A DNA stretch of 64,000 nucleotides from Candidatus Latescibacterota bacterium (lineage in GTDB: Bacteria; Latescibacterota; UBA2968), in the NCBI GenBank assembly GCA_965207885.1, contig OZ242311.1, forward strand, positions 4,800,001 to 4,864,000, read 5' to 3'. How positions within the stretch are numbered: position 1 is the first letter of the stretch; every line of letters begins with the position of its first letter. The notes under the pieces were generated by a model. The model was not told the DNA's origin. It saw nothing but the letters and a program-made list of their open reading frames with translations, and ran no database searches. Position numbers and translations under genes: made by a program. Below are positions 37,376 to 46,849 of the stretch, one piece after another.

Positions 37376-40300
37376 TTATCTTTTACCGCTTACCGCAGCG
37401 ATTTCTTTTTCGTCCAGATAGTAGAGGGTGTAGACTAGCCGGTCTATCTCTACCTCATGCTCGCTGACATCGGCTGTTGGATTAGAGGCTTTGGCCTTCA
37501 AGATGCGATCAACCAATCGTATGAACGAAACTTGCTCTGCTACAGTGAGTTTCGGAATAGGGATTGATTCTACGGAAGCATTAATCCATCTCGTAACACC
37601 CATTCCAGAATTCATGGCAGTGTTCTTCATAAACCAAGTTATCAGATTAGAATTAAGTAGGGCGCATAAATATTTGATTGATGGACCTGACATAATAAAT
37701 GCCGTGTTTAAGCAGAACAGACCATCCACATCATAGGCAAAACGTCCTTGTTCTGTCAGATCCATCCAGATCAGCTTTTCTTTGGAAAAATCTGTATGGT
37801 AAGCGCAAGTATCCTGTAATTCGTACCAAGCATGTGTAGTCTTTTTTCTTGACTTCGTGCCATTCGGAAGAGTTTTACCCGACTGTTCTAATCGCGTTTT
37901 GCCAAAAGACAGCAGATGCCTTTTCACTTCTGGATAGTCATCAATGTTGAGGCCAATAGCAGGAAATGTTGCTATCAGCCAGAGTTTTGTACTTTCCCAA
38001 TCAGCTTGATACCTCTGAATATCCCTCCCTCTTAAGACTGGCCTAATAATCTCAGCCGACTTTGGATCTTTTTTAACCAGTGCTTCCTTAGTCTGATTAT
38101 CGATGATAAAGGCACTATTATAACCGGTTAAAACTCCTCGGTAAATAGATATATCCCACTCCTTCAGCGGCACTCCAACGGTTTCCATCTTGTCCATAAT
38201 GGGTTGCTCTATGGCTGAAAGTGCGCTCCAGGGCTTTTCGCTCTGTGGTTGAAATGTCCCCCATAAGTGCTCAGCGGGCGGAAAGTTTTTATTGGATAAG
38301 TGGTCCATATCCACTGCCTTACCGGTCTCATTGCTTTTGCCTTCGCGTATTATCAGTATATTGGTGTCAACAATAGCATTTTCAAAAATGTCCTTGCCCA
38401 TTTCCAGCAATTGTAATGGTGTCTGTTGTTCGGAAAAGTAGCGGCGTGTGGATTTGCCGTACTCTGCTCTCAGCCAGCTATTGGAAGTGATAAAGCATAG
38501 CAAGCCACGTTGTGGTGTGAGCAATTGGCAGCCTTTTTCGTAGAAAAGTTGATAGATATCACCGGTGGAGGCAAAGGTTTCAAAATCAGCGTATTGATAA
38601 CGGCGTCGCAGTTCCCCTCTGTTTTTTTGCAGTTGAATGTACGGCGGATTCCCGATGACCATATCAAAACCGCGCGTTATGCCGAACATATACTCGGGAT
38701 CAAACCAGTCGGCTTTTGCATTTTGGTCGTACGGTTTCCAGTGGGCGACTTTTTGTGCGGTCTCAAGGCTGGCATCGAAACGTTTTTCGCGCAGACTATA
38801 CTTTTTTAGCTCATCTTCACGCAATTTTTTTCTGTCTTTCGGGTTGGGAATCTGGGCAACTCTTTCGTCTATGTCCCGTTGCTGGCGCGTTGCCCATTCT
38901 TCTTTTTGTGCTTTCAGTGCTTGATCCAATTGGTCACGGCAGGCTTGCTCCTCGCGGGTGTATTGAAGCTTTTGTGGTCGGTTGTTTGCGAGAAAATACT
39001 TTTCACGAATCGCCTCAATTTCTTTTAGCAATTGCTGTACAGTGTCATCTTGAAGTAGAGATCTGGCTTCGGATAGCTGTAAACCGATCAGCGTATCTGC
39101 TGCGACAAAGCGTGTCTCTAAATTCGGCAGGGGCTTGATGCCGAAGTTGTCGGCATTCTTATCTTGTTCTTGCTCAATTGCCAGCGAAATGAAAAAACGC
39201 AGTTTGGCGATCTGGCAAGCAATAGGCTGGATGTCCACGCCGAAGATGCTGCTTTGAATCAGGTATAGCTTACGCCCAAAGTCGCCCGAATATCGCTCGA
39301 AGGTTTCGCTAATTTCCAGCAATTCGGCATAGCGTTCTTGTTGGTTTTTGGTCTCAAACGCCGCGTCTGCCTTTGCTTTGGCGCGTTCTTTTTGCAGGGC
39401 TTCCCAACGAGTGTTGTCGGGATCAATTCGCCGCAATGCCAGGGTGAGTTTGTGCAGCATGCCCATCGGAAATGCACCGGAACCAACCGCGGGATCCAGC
39501 ACTTTGATCTCTGCAATCGCCCGCACAATGCCCTCTGCTTCTTCTTCCTCAAAAAGCTCTTTGGCGTCGTCGAATGCGTCCTCATAATCCAGCAGATAAC
39601 GCAAGCGTTCTTGCCAGAAGGCCCTGTCGCCATCGGTAGGCTGGCTGTTCTCGGTGAGTGATGCCATTAGGGCCTCATCTACCATGTAGTCCACCACGGG
39701 GCGCGGGGTATAGTAAGAGCCAGTCTGTTTGCGGGCTGTTTCGCGTGTCTCAGGGTTGTAAGCTGCCAGCAGGTTTTCAAATACCTTGCCGAGCAGTTCA
39801 GGATCGAGTGCGACTTCCTGCTCTATAGGGGTGTTCTCTTCCACCGTGAACTTGTAATTTTCGAATAAGGTGATCAGCCCGTTGGCACCAAAAAACAGGC
39901 GGTTGGGAATAGAATAGTCACGGCGCTGGGTGGGGTTGTCGGTAAAGCAGTCCAGACGAGTGCCACCGGCTTGGACGCCTTCAAAGCTGTCCAGGCAGTC
40001 AAACAGGCCACCGTTGATAAAGGGCGTCTGATTGAAGAGTTGGCGTAGGCCATCTGAGTCGGCCATCTCTTCCTTGTATCGGTACACGGAGGGATTGCGG
40101 TGGTCGGTACGATTCTGTTTGCTGAAACGACGCTTTTCAATCTCGGTGTTCAGGGTGGCGAAAAACAGGTTTTGCAACACAGCGCGGTAGTAGGAGTCGC
40201 CGGTTTCGTGGTCGTAATTTTTTAGGAGGTCACGAACCTTATTCTTTATGAACAGGTCCTCGGCGATCAGCCCCTTTTCTTTGATAAACCAGACGAATAG

Positions 40301-41116
40301 CAGGCGGGTAATGAGGCGGATGACGTGTTCTTCCGATGATATGGTCTGTGTCTGATTCTTGGGAAAAGTGGCTTCCGCGATAGCGCGCTCAAACCAGTTG
40401 TACAAATCCCGATAGAATTGACGGTTGAGTTCCTGGGTATCCAGTTTGGCCAGCTAGGCGGCGAGCAAGCCATCAAAATTGTGCGATTTGTTGTGATCGT
40501 TCATCCACGTCAGCAGATTTGATAGGGATAATTCCTCAAGGATATCCAGATGTGCACGATACGGCTTATTGGGATGAATATCTTTAATCAATGTGACGCT
40601 CTCCAGCACGTTCCGAGTGTTATCGCGCTTGTGCGGGCGGCGGTGAACAAAGGCGAGGGTGAGCAGGTTGGATGGGGTTCGGAAAAGTACGACGGAGGGT
40701 TGGCTCAAGCGCTTGTTAATCTCGCGGGTGAATTCCGCGTACTGCCCGCGAGCATAGGTGTCTTTCTTCAGTTCTACGGCGGAGAAGATAAAACTACTTG
40801 TGTTGCCCTTGTCAAAAGAAGCTGGTTCAAAAATCAGCGTCTGCTGATTACTGGAAGCGATTTCATCGCTGGTAAGCTGAAAAATGAACCGCACGGATTG
40901 GGCGTTTTCACAGAATGCCTGCTCGGTCTTGGTGTTCTCGTTTGGAGCGGGAAATTGCTGGATGAAGTCTTCTGGATGACCCGAAAGTTCCAACGTGCGA
41001 TCACTCTGGTATCCAAGGACTTTCAGTAGGTCTTTAGTCGTCGCCAGAAAATCGCTATCAGGTATCGTTGCCAGAGCCGATAGAATCTGTTCCTTTGGTT
41101 GAATAACACTGCTCAT
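37376..41116 (-). CDS. Type IIG/Eco57I-like N6-adenine methyltransferase with TaqI-C TRD; in-frame TAG at 40454-40456 (split gene or pseudogene)
   Basis: ORFs 40454-41116 and 37376-40405 are in the same frame. GSYYTP, VLDPAVGSGAF (motif I), GNPPY (motif IV) and a C-terminal TRD. Confidence 0.88.
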
Positions 41117-41238
41117 TGGATCTGCTCCAGAGGATTAGACATTGCCATACTTCCGCTCCCATCAATAATTGTCTATATAGTTCCATTTCGGTCGCAGGAA
41201 CATTTTCGATTCGGAACTTCATTCGCCAATCACGGCGT

Positions 41239-42879
41239 TCAATAGTTTATCTTATAGGGCCATGTAATCAGCGTCTCCAGCGCCTGGTAACTCATTCGAC
41301 GGCGCAGTTTGCTGAGTGCTTGATTCTTGATTTGGCGGATGCGCTCGCGTGTGAGATTCATCATGGCACCGATTTCCTGGAGCGTTAGGGGGCCGTTGTC
41401 ATTAAGGCCAAAATAGAGCCTGATAACGCGCGATTCGTGCTCTTTGAGAAGCCCCAGGGCTTGCATCAGCGCTGATTTGCGCAAGATGTCGGCGTCAAGA
41501 GGAGTTGTCGTGTTATCGGTCAGGGTGTCAAGCAGGCTGTGATTGTCGTCAGAGAGGGATTCGTCGAGAGAGTACACGTCGAAGTCGCTGAGGATAGTCT
41601 CTTGGATCTTCTTGACTGGAACTTCAAGCTCGGTGGCGATTTCTTCCAGGTCCTCTTCAGCCGGAACTTCAAGTTCGGCGGCGATTTCTCCTATATCAGG
41701 CTCACTAACCCAGTCTTGGCCCAGTTTGCGCGAGGCTTTGGAAATTTCCCTGAGCAAGCCGACCTTGTTGTGGGGGAGACGCACGATACGCGCCTGCTCG
41801 GCGAGCGTTTGGTGAATAGATTGGCGAATCCACCAGACCGCATAGGTAATAAATTTGTTGCCCCTCGTCCCATCGAAGCGGTCAGCCGCCGTAATCAGTC
41901 CGAGATTGCCAGCGCTAATCAAGTCAGAGAGGGGCAGACCGAGGTTCTGGTATCTCTTGGCCTCGTTAATGACAAAGCGCAAATTCGCCTGGATCATTTC
42001 ATCGCGGGCGCGCATGTCGCCACTTTTGATGCGGTCAGCCAGTTCTACTTCGCGCTCCCTCGAAAGCGGTGTGGACTCAGCAATGTCGTCGAAGTAAAGT
42101 CGCAGATTGTTCGTCTCTCCTTCTGGGATTTTTTTTTCGGACACCGCCTGTTCAAACCAGGAGAACATATATCGGTAGAATTGCCGGTTGCGCTCTGTGG
42201 CGTCCAGTTTGGCAAGCCAGGCAACCAGCAAGCCTTCGCAGTTGTGTGGCTTGGCATTGGAATTCATCCACACGGTACACTCGGGTAGTGATAGCTGGGA
42301 CAAGATGTCGATATCGGTACGCCGTGGATTCTCTAAAGAAATATCCTTGCTCAACGACGTGACGCGCTCCAGCACATCACGGCTATCATCAAGCTTATGC
42401 GGACGGCGACCAATAACCGCGACGGTCAAGCGTGCTCCAGCGCGGAAGAAGACCACGGTTGGCAAGATTATTCGCTTGCCGATCTCCCGCGTTAATTCGT
42501 CATATATCCCCCGGGCATAGTTGTTCTCCTTAAGTTCCACGGCGAAGAAGAGAACGCTTTTCTGCCGGCCCTCCTTACGGGAAGTACCCTCAAGCCCAGA
42601 CGTCTGCTGATTAGCTGAGAGGATTTCGTCATTTGTCATCTGAAAGACGATCAGTATGGATTGGACGTGCTTGCGGAATGTCTGTTCAGTGCTGGTGTTC
42701 TCATTTGGGGCGGGAAATTGCTGAATGAAATCCTCTGGATTGCCTGATTGGTCAGGCAAGATGCGCTCGCTCTGGTACCCGAGAACATTGAGAAGATCTC
42801 TGATTGCCGATAGAAAATTTTTGTTGGACACACCGACCAAAGTAGCTTGAATACGCTCTTTGAGGTCGCCATTGTTCAT
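41239..42879 (-). CDS. Fusion of an R-M N-terminal domain with a complete sigma-70 factor
   Basis: Residues ~1-255 align with the MTase N-terminus (shared PEDFIQQFPAPNENT, AVELK, RRPHK, LAKLD...NRQFY). The remainder has ANLRFV, DLISAGNLGL, YAVWWIRQ and TRERIRQI. Confidence 0.9.
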   Translation of the reverse strand: MNNGDLKERIQATLVGVSNKNFLSAIRDLLNVLGYQSERILPDQSGNPEDFIQQFPAPNENTSTEQTFRKHVQSILIVFQMTNDEILSANQQTSGLEGTSRKEGRQKSVLFFAVELKENNYARGIYDELTREIGKRIILPTVVFFRAGARLTVAVIGRRPHKLDDSRDVLERVTSLSKDISLENPRRTDIDILSQLSLPECTVWMNSNAKPHNCEGLLVAWLAKLDATERNRQFYRYMFSWFEQAVSEKKIPEGETNNLRLYFDDIAESTPLSREREVELADRIKSGDMRARDEMIQANLRFVINEAKRYQNLGLPLSDLISAGNLGLITAADRFDGTRGNKFITYAVWWIRQSIHQTLAEQARIVRLPHNKVGLLREISKASRKLGQDWVSEPDIGEIAAELEVPAEEDLEEIATELEVPVKKIQETILSDFDVYSLDESLSDDNHSLLDTLTDNTTTPLDADILRKSALMQALGLLKEHESRVIRLYFGLNDNGPLTLQEIGAMMNLTRERIRQIKNQALSKLRRRMSYQALETLITWPYKINY

Positions 42880-42936
42880 ATCAGTTCCTGTTCATTTCGG
42901 GGTTTAATCGGCAATCTATACTCACGCGGGCTGTGG

Positions 42937-43236
42937 TTAAGTTACGTGGCTCAGGGTTGAGGCAGGGCGGATGCCAGCGGTAAGCCGAGGCTTTTCGCTG
43001 GCCAGTTTGCGAAAGTTGCACTCGACCTGAAGTCCGTGCCAAAATTCGTCGGACTGGCCGAAGAAGGCACCAAAGCGAATTGACATAGCTGGCGTGATCG
43101 AACGCCGGGCGTGAACGATTTCGTTGATCGTCTGCGGCGCAACACCGATGGCGCGGGCCATGGCATTTTGCGAAATTCCCATTGGCTTGAGGTACTCTTC
43201 CAGGAGAATTTCACCGGGCGTGATGGGTGTTTTCAT
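42937..43236 (-). CDS. higA: HigA family antitoxin
   Basis: [19 protein letters not shown] and FW..LQ motifs. Confidence 0.9.
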   Translation of the reverse strand: MKTPITPGEILLEEYLKPMGISQNAMARAIGVAPQTINEIVHARRSITPAMSIRFGAFFGQSDEFWHGLQVECNFRKLASEKPRLTAGIRPASTLSHVT

Positions 43237-43264
43237 GATTGCACCATATAATGTATAAGGGTTG

Positions 43265-43543
43265 TCAATGATAGTCAACGATAGCTACTTCCGCTGGTCC
43301 GGAATCCGTCCATCGAAAGACGATACGCCATTGGTCGTTGATCCGTATAGAGTGAAAGCCCGACAGATTGCCTCTGAGAGCTTGTAAACGATTGCCCGGA
43401 GGGACAGCGAGATCGCTGAGTGTGCGAGCCTGATTCATTTGTATCAATTTTCGCAATGCAACGCGAGATATAGCTGCAAAACGACGGTTATGTTCGGAGT
43501 AGAACAGTTCTTCAGTATCCCGGTTTGCGAAGGATTGAATCAT
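43265..43543 (-). CDS. higB: HigB/RelE family toxin
   Basis: [25 protein letters not shown] and VDYH motifs; ATGA overlap with the helicase stop. Confidence 0.92.
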   Translation of the reverse strand: MIQSFANRDTEELFYSEHNRRFAAISRVALRKLIQMNQARTLSDLAVPPGNRLQALRGNLSGFHSIRINDQWRIVFRWTDSGPAEVAIVDYH

Positions 43544-46500
43544 GGTGTGTGCATCCCCGAATCGAGGATGATTAACCACGTTACCAACTCAAAATCACCA
43601 GTAGAATTTTCAGATTTTACTGGCAATCTAAAATCGCTCTGACCGTGAATGCCCATTCCCTGGATCTGTGTTGAGGTGTTTGCCCTGTTGATGTGCTTCA
43701 TAACCTCGTCCAGCAATTGATCGTAGCGGACCATGTCCTTGCCGTTTTGGGTTTCGTGGTCAAACTGGTCACAGAGCTTTTGCAGTGGCTCGGTTTTGCC
43801 AATGGCTGCGGATTCAAATAATTCCAGCACTCGTCTGGCATTGGCACAACCGTAGCGAATGTCGCCGCTATCGCGGATATACACGGCGTAATAAGGATGA
43901 ATTGGGCTGGCTACTTTTTCGCGTTTATCCTCGCTGGCGTTGCGCTGGCGCAGGAAGAATATCACGCCCGGCCTTGTGGAATCGCTCCCACCGTCGGTCA
44001 GAGCATAGGCTCCATAGGGCGTTGCCTCCAGTTCTGCTTTGTTTTGTTCTAAATATCGCAACAATTGGGCAAAGAAGTAATCGAGGGTGAAATCGCTCAG
44101 GACGACGCCGTCGGATAACTCGTCAAAGTCCAGCACTTCTTCACGCAATTTTTTTAATTGTTCGTCGCGGAAGTTGAGTTCCATTTGCGCTTCTTCAAAG
44201 GCGTATTCGTTCAACGGGTCATCGTCACCGCTGGCCGCTGCGTCTGCCAGAGCCATGCGCGCTTCTACGCGGCTTTGCAGGCGTAAATAGGCGTCCATGT
44301 CTTTGGTGGGCCAGTAGTTGATCATTTGCACGGATCGGTTGCGGCTGCCAATGCGGTCAATGCGTCCAAAGCGCTGGATGATGCGTACGGGATTCCAGTG
44401 GATGTCGTAGTTGAGCACGGTGTCGCAGTCTTGCAAATTCTGCCCCTCCGAGATACAGTCGGTGGCAATGAGCAGATCAATTTCTCCGTCCACGCCGTTG
44501 CCGCGTTGGCGTGCGCGTGGGGCAAAGTTGGTCAAGATGGCGTTGAAGTTATTATCGCCAAAAGAGGTGTGTGTCGCGTCACCGGATACCATTGCCATGT
44601 TCAATCTGTGTTCTTTTGCCAATTCTGCCAGGTTTTCGTAAAGATATTCCGCTGTATCCTTAAAGGTGGTGAATACCAGCATCTTGCGGTTGATCTTGCT
44701 GTCCTGATCAGTCGTCGGATTTTGCGCCTTACCCTGAATGTGTTCCCGAATGGTTTTGAGCTTGTCATCTCGTGGCGGTGTGATGGCACGGACCTTTTCC
44801 CAGGCTGCTGTGAGGGTTTGCTTGTCTTTTAGTAAGTCTTTTTTCCAGCGAGGCAAATCCAATTCGCGCAGGTGGTAGGGAGTGCGCGCCCGATTGATCA
44901 GAAACTCCTCGTCATCTTCATCTTCGTCGGGCAGTATATCGGCCTGTGCATCCTGTATCGTGGGTTTCTGCTCGTAGCGATGTATCTTGTCTAATAGATC
45001 GTCGATTTTACCGATGGTACGCCAGAGTGTTTCCGTGAGCGCATGCGCGGAACTCTCCAGACGTTTGAGAAAGTTCGTCTGCATCATGCCAATGAGAAAG
45101 CGCTCGCGGTCTGCCTGATTGAACCGCAGTTGTTTTTTTTCATCCGCCAACCGTTTCTTTGCCTCTGCGCTGGTGACATAGCTGGATGGCTGGTAGATGG
45201 ATAGGGCGAATTGACCTATCTGATTGGCCAAATCCCGATAGGACAGTTCGCCTCTTATGTCGGTTTGTGGATAGACATTATCCGGTGCCTGTTGTGTGGG
45301 AAATCTGCCGATTCTGTCTATTTCCCGGGCGTAAAACGTCTTGATCTGTCGCCGCGAGCGGGCAATGGAGACGCCGCCCAGTAAATGAAAGAAATCAGGA
45401 CCCAGCTTATCTAACAATTCAGCCTTATCTCTTTTTGTAGTTGAATTATTCTCCCAGGCCTTAAACTCCTTTTGCGCCCGCCCCAGCAAGGTCCCGATAT
45501 GCCCAATGCCCAGGCTGTTGCGGAATACATCCTCGCGCTTTTCGGTCATTAAATAGATTTGATTGCGCAGGTCAATAAGCGAGGTGTTGACCGGTGTCGC
45601 CGAAAGCATCAGTACTTTGGTTTGGGTGCCTTCCTTGATCACCTCCTCCAACAGCCGCGAGTAGCGGCTATGGCGAATATTGCCGTCGTCGTCTCTGCGA
45701 GGTTTTGATTCATTGCGGAAGTTATGGGATTCATCGATAACCACCAGATCGAAATTGCGCCAGTTGAAATTTGCCAGATCGATAGTGCCTACTTCTCCGC
45801 TATTGCGGGACAAATCGGTGTGCGATAGCAGCGTGTAACCGAAGCGGTCATCGTCGAAAGGATTGCTGGTATGGGAGTTATACGCCGGATACAGTGCCCA
45901 ATTTTCGCGCAGCTTTTTCGGGCATAAGACCAGCACCCGCTCGTTTCGCAATTCAAAAAATTTGATCGCAGCTAATGCCGTGTAGGTTTTTCCCAGCCCT
46001 ACGCTGTCGGCTAAGATACAGCCATTGTGCCGCAACAGGCGGCCGATAACGCTTTTGGCTCCGTCTTTCTGGAAATCGTATAGCTTGTTCCAAATTTGGG
46101 TATCGTAGAGGTGTGTATCCTCCAGTTGGCTTTCGCCCCTTTGTCTATCTTCTATGTCTTCGCGGAACAATTCGTAGAGTGTTTTGTAATAGATAAACTC
46201 TGGCGCGTGGTCTTTACCGATTCGCGCCAGTGCGCGCAGTACATCCCTTTTCACATTTCTGGTCAAATCCTCGTCTGTCCACAGTTCGTCAAACCAGGCG
46301 CTGAGTTCGTCGCGTATTTCAGTGTCGCCAGTCGCCAGGTTGATTTCCACATTTGCACTCGTTCCACAGCCCAAACCGCTCCGGGTAAAGTTGGAACTGC
46401 CGACCACTGCTGCGCCGCCGTTTTCAGATTCGGTGAGATACATTTTGCCGTGCAAAAAATTGGATTTGCTAACAGATCGAATTTTGACCCTTCTGCTGCG

Positions 46501-46830
46501 TACCCATTTGGCGCATTGCTGTGCGAGATATTTTTGCTGTAATGCGTGATTGGGCGAGAGTTGACCTTCGATTAACTCAAAAGATTTTTCCGTTTTCTCG
46601 CTGGGATCTACTTCGCCAACCGATGCTGGGTCGCCAAAGAGAAAGCGCACATCCTTTACATTCTGCAATTCGTTTTGCAGGGCATCGTACCCGTAAATGG
46701 TAAAATACGCCGATACCAGCCGGAATATGTCCGCGGTGGGCAGATGTGCGCGTAGATAATCGACGACCGTATCGAGGCGATTGTCTAAGATATGTTTGTC
46801 TTTTTGCGTTTTGGTATCCTGCTGTGTCAT
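43540..46830 (-). CDS. SNF2-family helicase with an N-terminal phospholipase D-type nuclease domain
   Basis: HGKMYL...GSSNFT (PLD), [18 protein letters not shown] and [10 protein letters not shown] motifs. Confidence 0.9.
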   Translation of the reverse strand: MTQQDTKTQKDKHILDNRLDTVVDYLRAHLPTADIFRLVSAYFTIYGYDALQNELQNVKDVRFLFGDPASVGEVDPSEKTEKSFELIEGQLSPNHALQQKYLAQQCAKWVRSRRVKIRSVSKSNFLHGKMYLTESENGGAAVVGSSNFTRSGLGCGTSANVEINLATGDTEIRDELSAWFDELWTDEDLTRNVKRDVLRALARIGKDHAPEFIYYKTLYELFREDIEDRQRGESQLEDTHLYDTQIWNKLYDFQKDGAKSVIGRLLRHNGCILADSVGLGKTYTALAAIKFFELRNERVLVLCPKKLRENWALYPAYNSHTSNPFDDDRFGYTLLSHTDLSRNSGEVGTIDLANFNWRNFDLVVIDESHNFRNESKPRRDDDGNIRHSRYSRLLEEVIKEGTQTKVLMLSATPVNTSLIDLRNQIYLMTEKREDVFRNSLGIGHIGTLLGRAQKEFKAWENNSTTKRDKAELLDKLGPDFFHLLGGVSIARSRRQIKTFYAREIDRIGRFPTQQAPDNVYPQTDIRGELSYRDLANQIGQFALSIYQPSSYVTSAEAKKRLADEKKQLRFNQADRERFLIGMMQTNFLKRLESSAHALTETLWRTIGKIDDLLDKIHRYEQKPTIQDAQADILPDEDEDDEEFLINRARTPYHLRELDLPRWKKDLLKDKQTLTAAWEKVRAITPPRDDKLKTIREHIQGKAQNPTTDQDSKINRKMLVFTTFKDTAEYLYENLAELAKEHRLNMAMVSGDATHTSFGDNNFNAILTNFAPRARQRGNGVDGEIDLLIATDCISEGQNLQDCDTVLNYDIHWNPVRIIQRFGRIDRIGSRNRSVQMINYWPTKDMDAYLRLQSRVEARMALADAAASGDDDPLNEYAFEEAQMELNFRDEQLKKLREEVLDFDELSDGVVLSDFTLDYFFAQLLRYLEQNKAELEATPYGAYALTDGGSDSTRPGVIFFLRQRNASEDKREKVASPIHPYYAVYIRDSGDIRYGCANARRVLELFESAAIGKTEPLQKLCDQFDHETQNGKDMVRYDQLLDEVMKHINRANTSTQIQGMGIHGQSDFRLPVKSENSTGDFELVTWLIILDSGMHTP

Positions 46831-46849
46831 CCCGCTTCCTTTGTTTTTT
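46827..46849. repeat. Right 23-bp direct repeat
   Basis: Identical to 33318-33340; contains the TPR gene stop and the helicase ATG. Confidence 0.9.

Larger units (their letters stand above)
33318..46849. mobile_element. Defence / restriction-modification genomic island
   Basis: Bounded by a 23-bp direct repeat and interrupts the DUF4159-DUF4175-TPR-(GATase-like)-MoxR operon. Carries a tyrosine recombinase, TA pair, MTase and helicase, and is visibly AT-richer in part. Confidence 0.85.

Noticed and set aside
40454-40456. Pyrrolysine or genome-wide TAG recoding
   Set aside because: TAG terminates many ordinary genes here, no pyl genes are in the window, and the paralog has Trp at this position.
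37376-46830. Canonical DISARM or BREX system
   Set aside because: No DrmA/DrmB (DUF1998), PglZ or BrxC genes are in the island.
33318-46849. Prophage or conjugative element
   Set aside because: No structural, replication, relaxase or T4SS genes; the single recombinase may be an invertase rather than the integrase.
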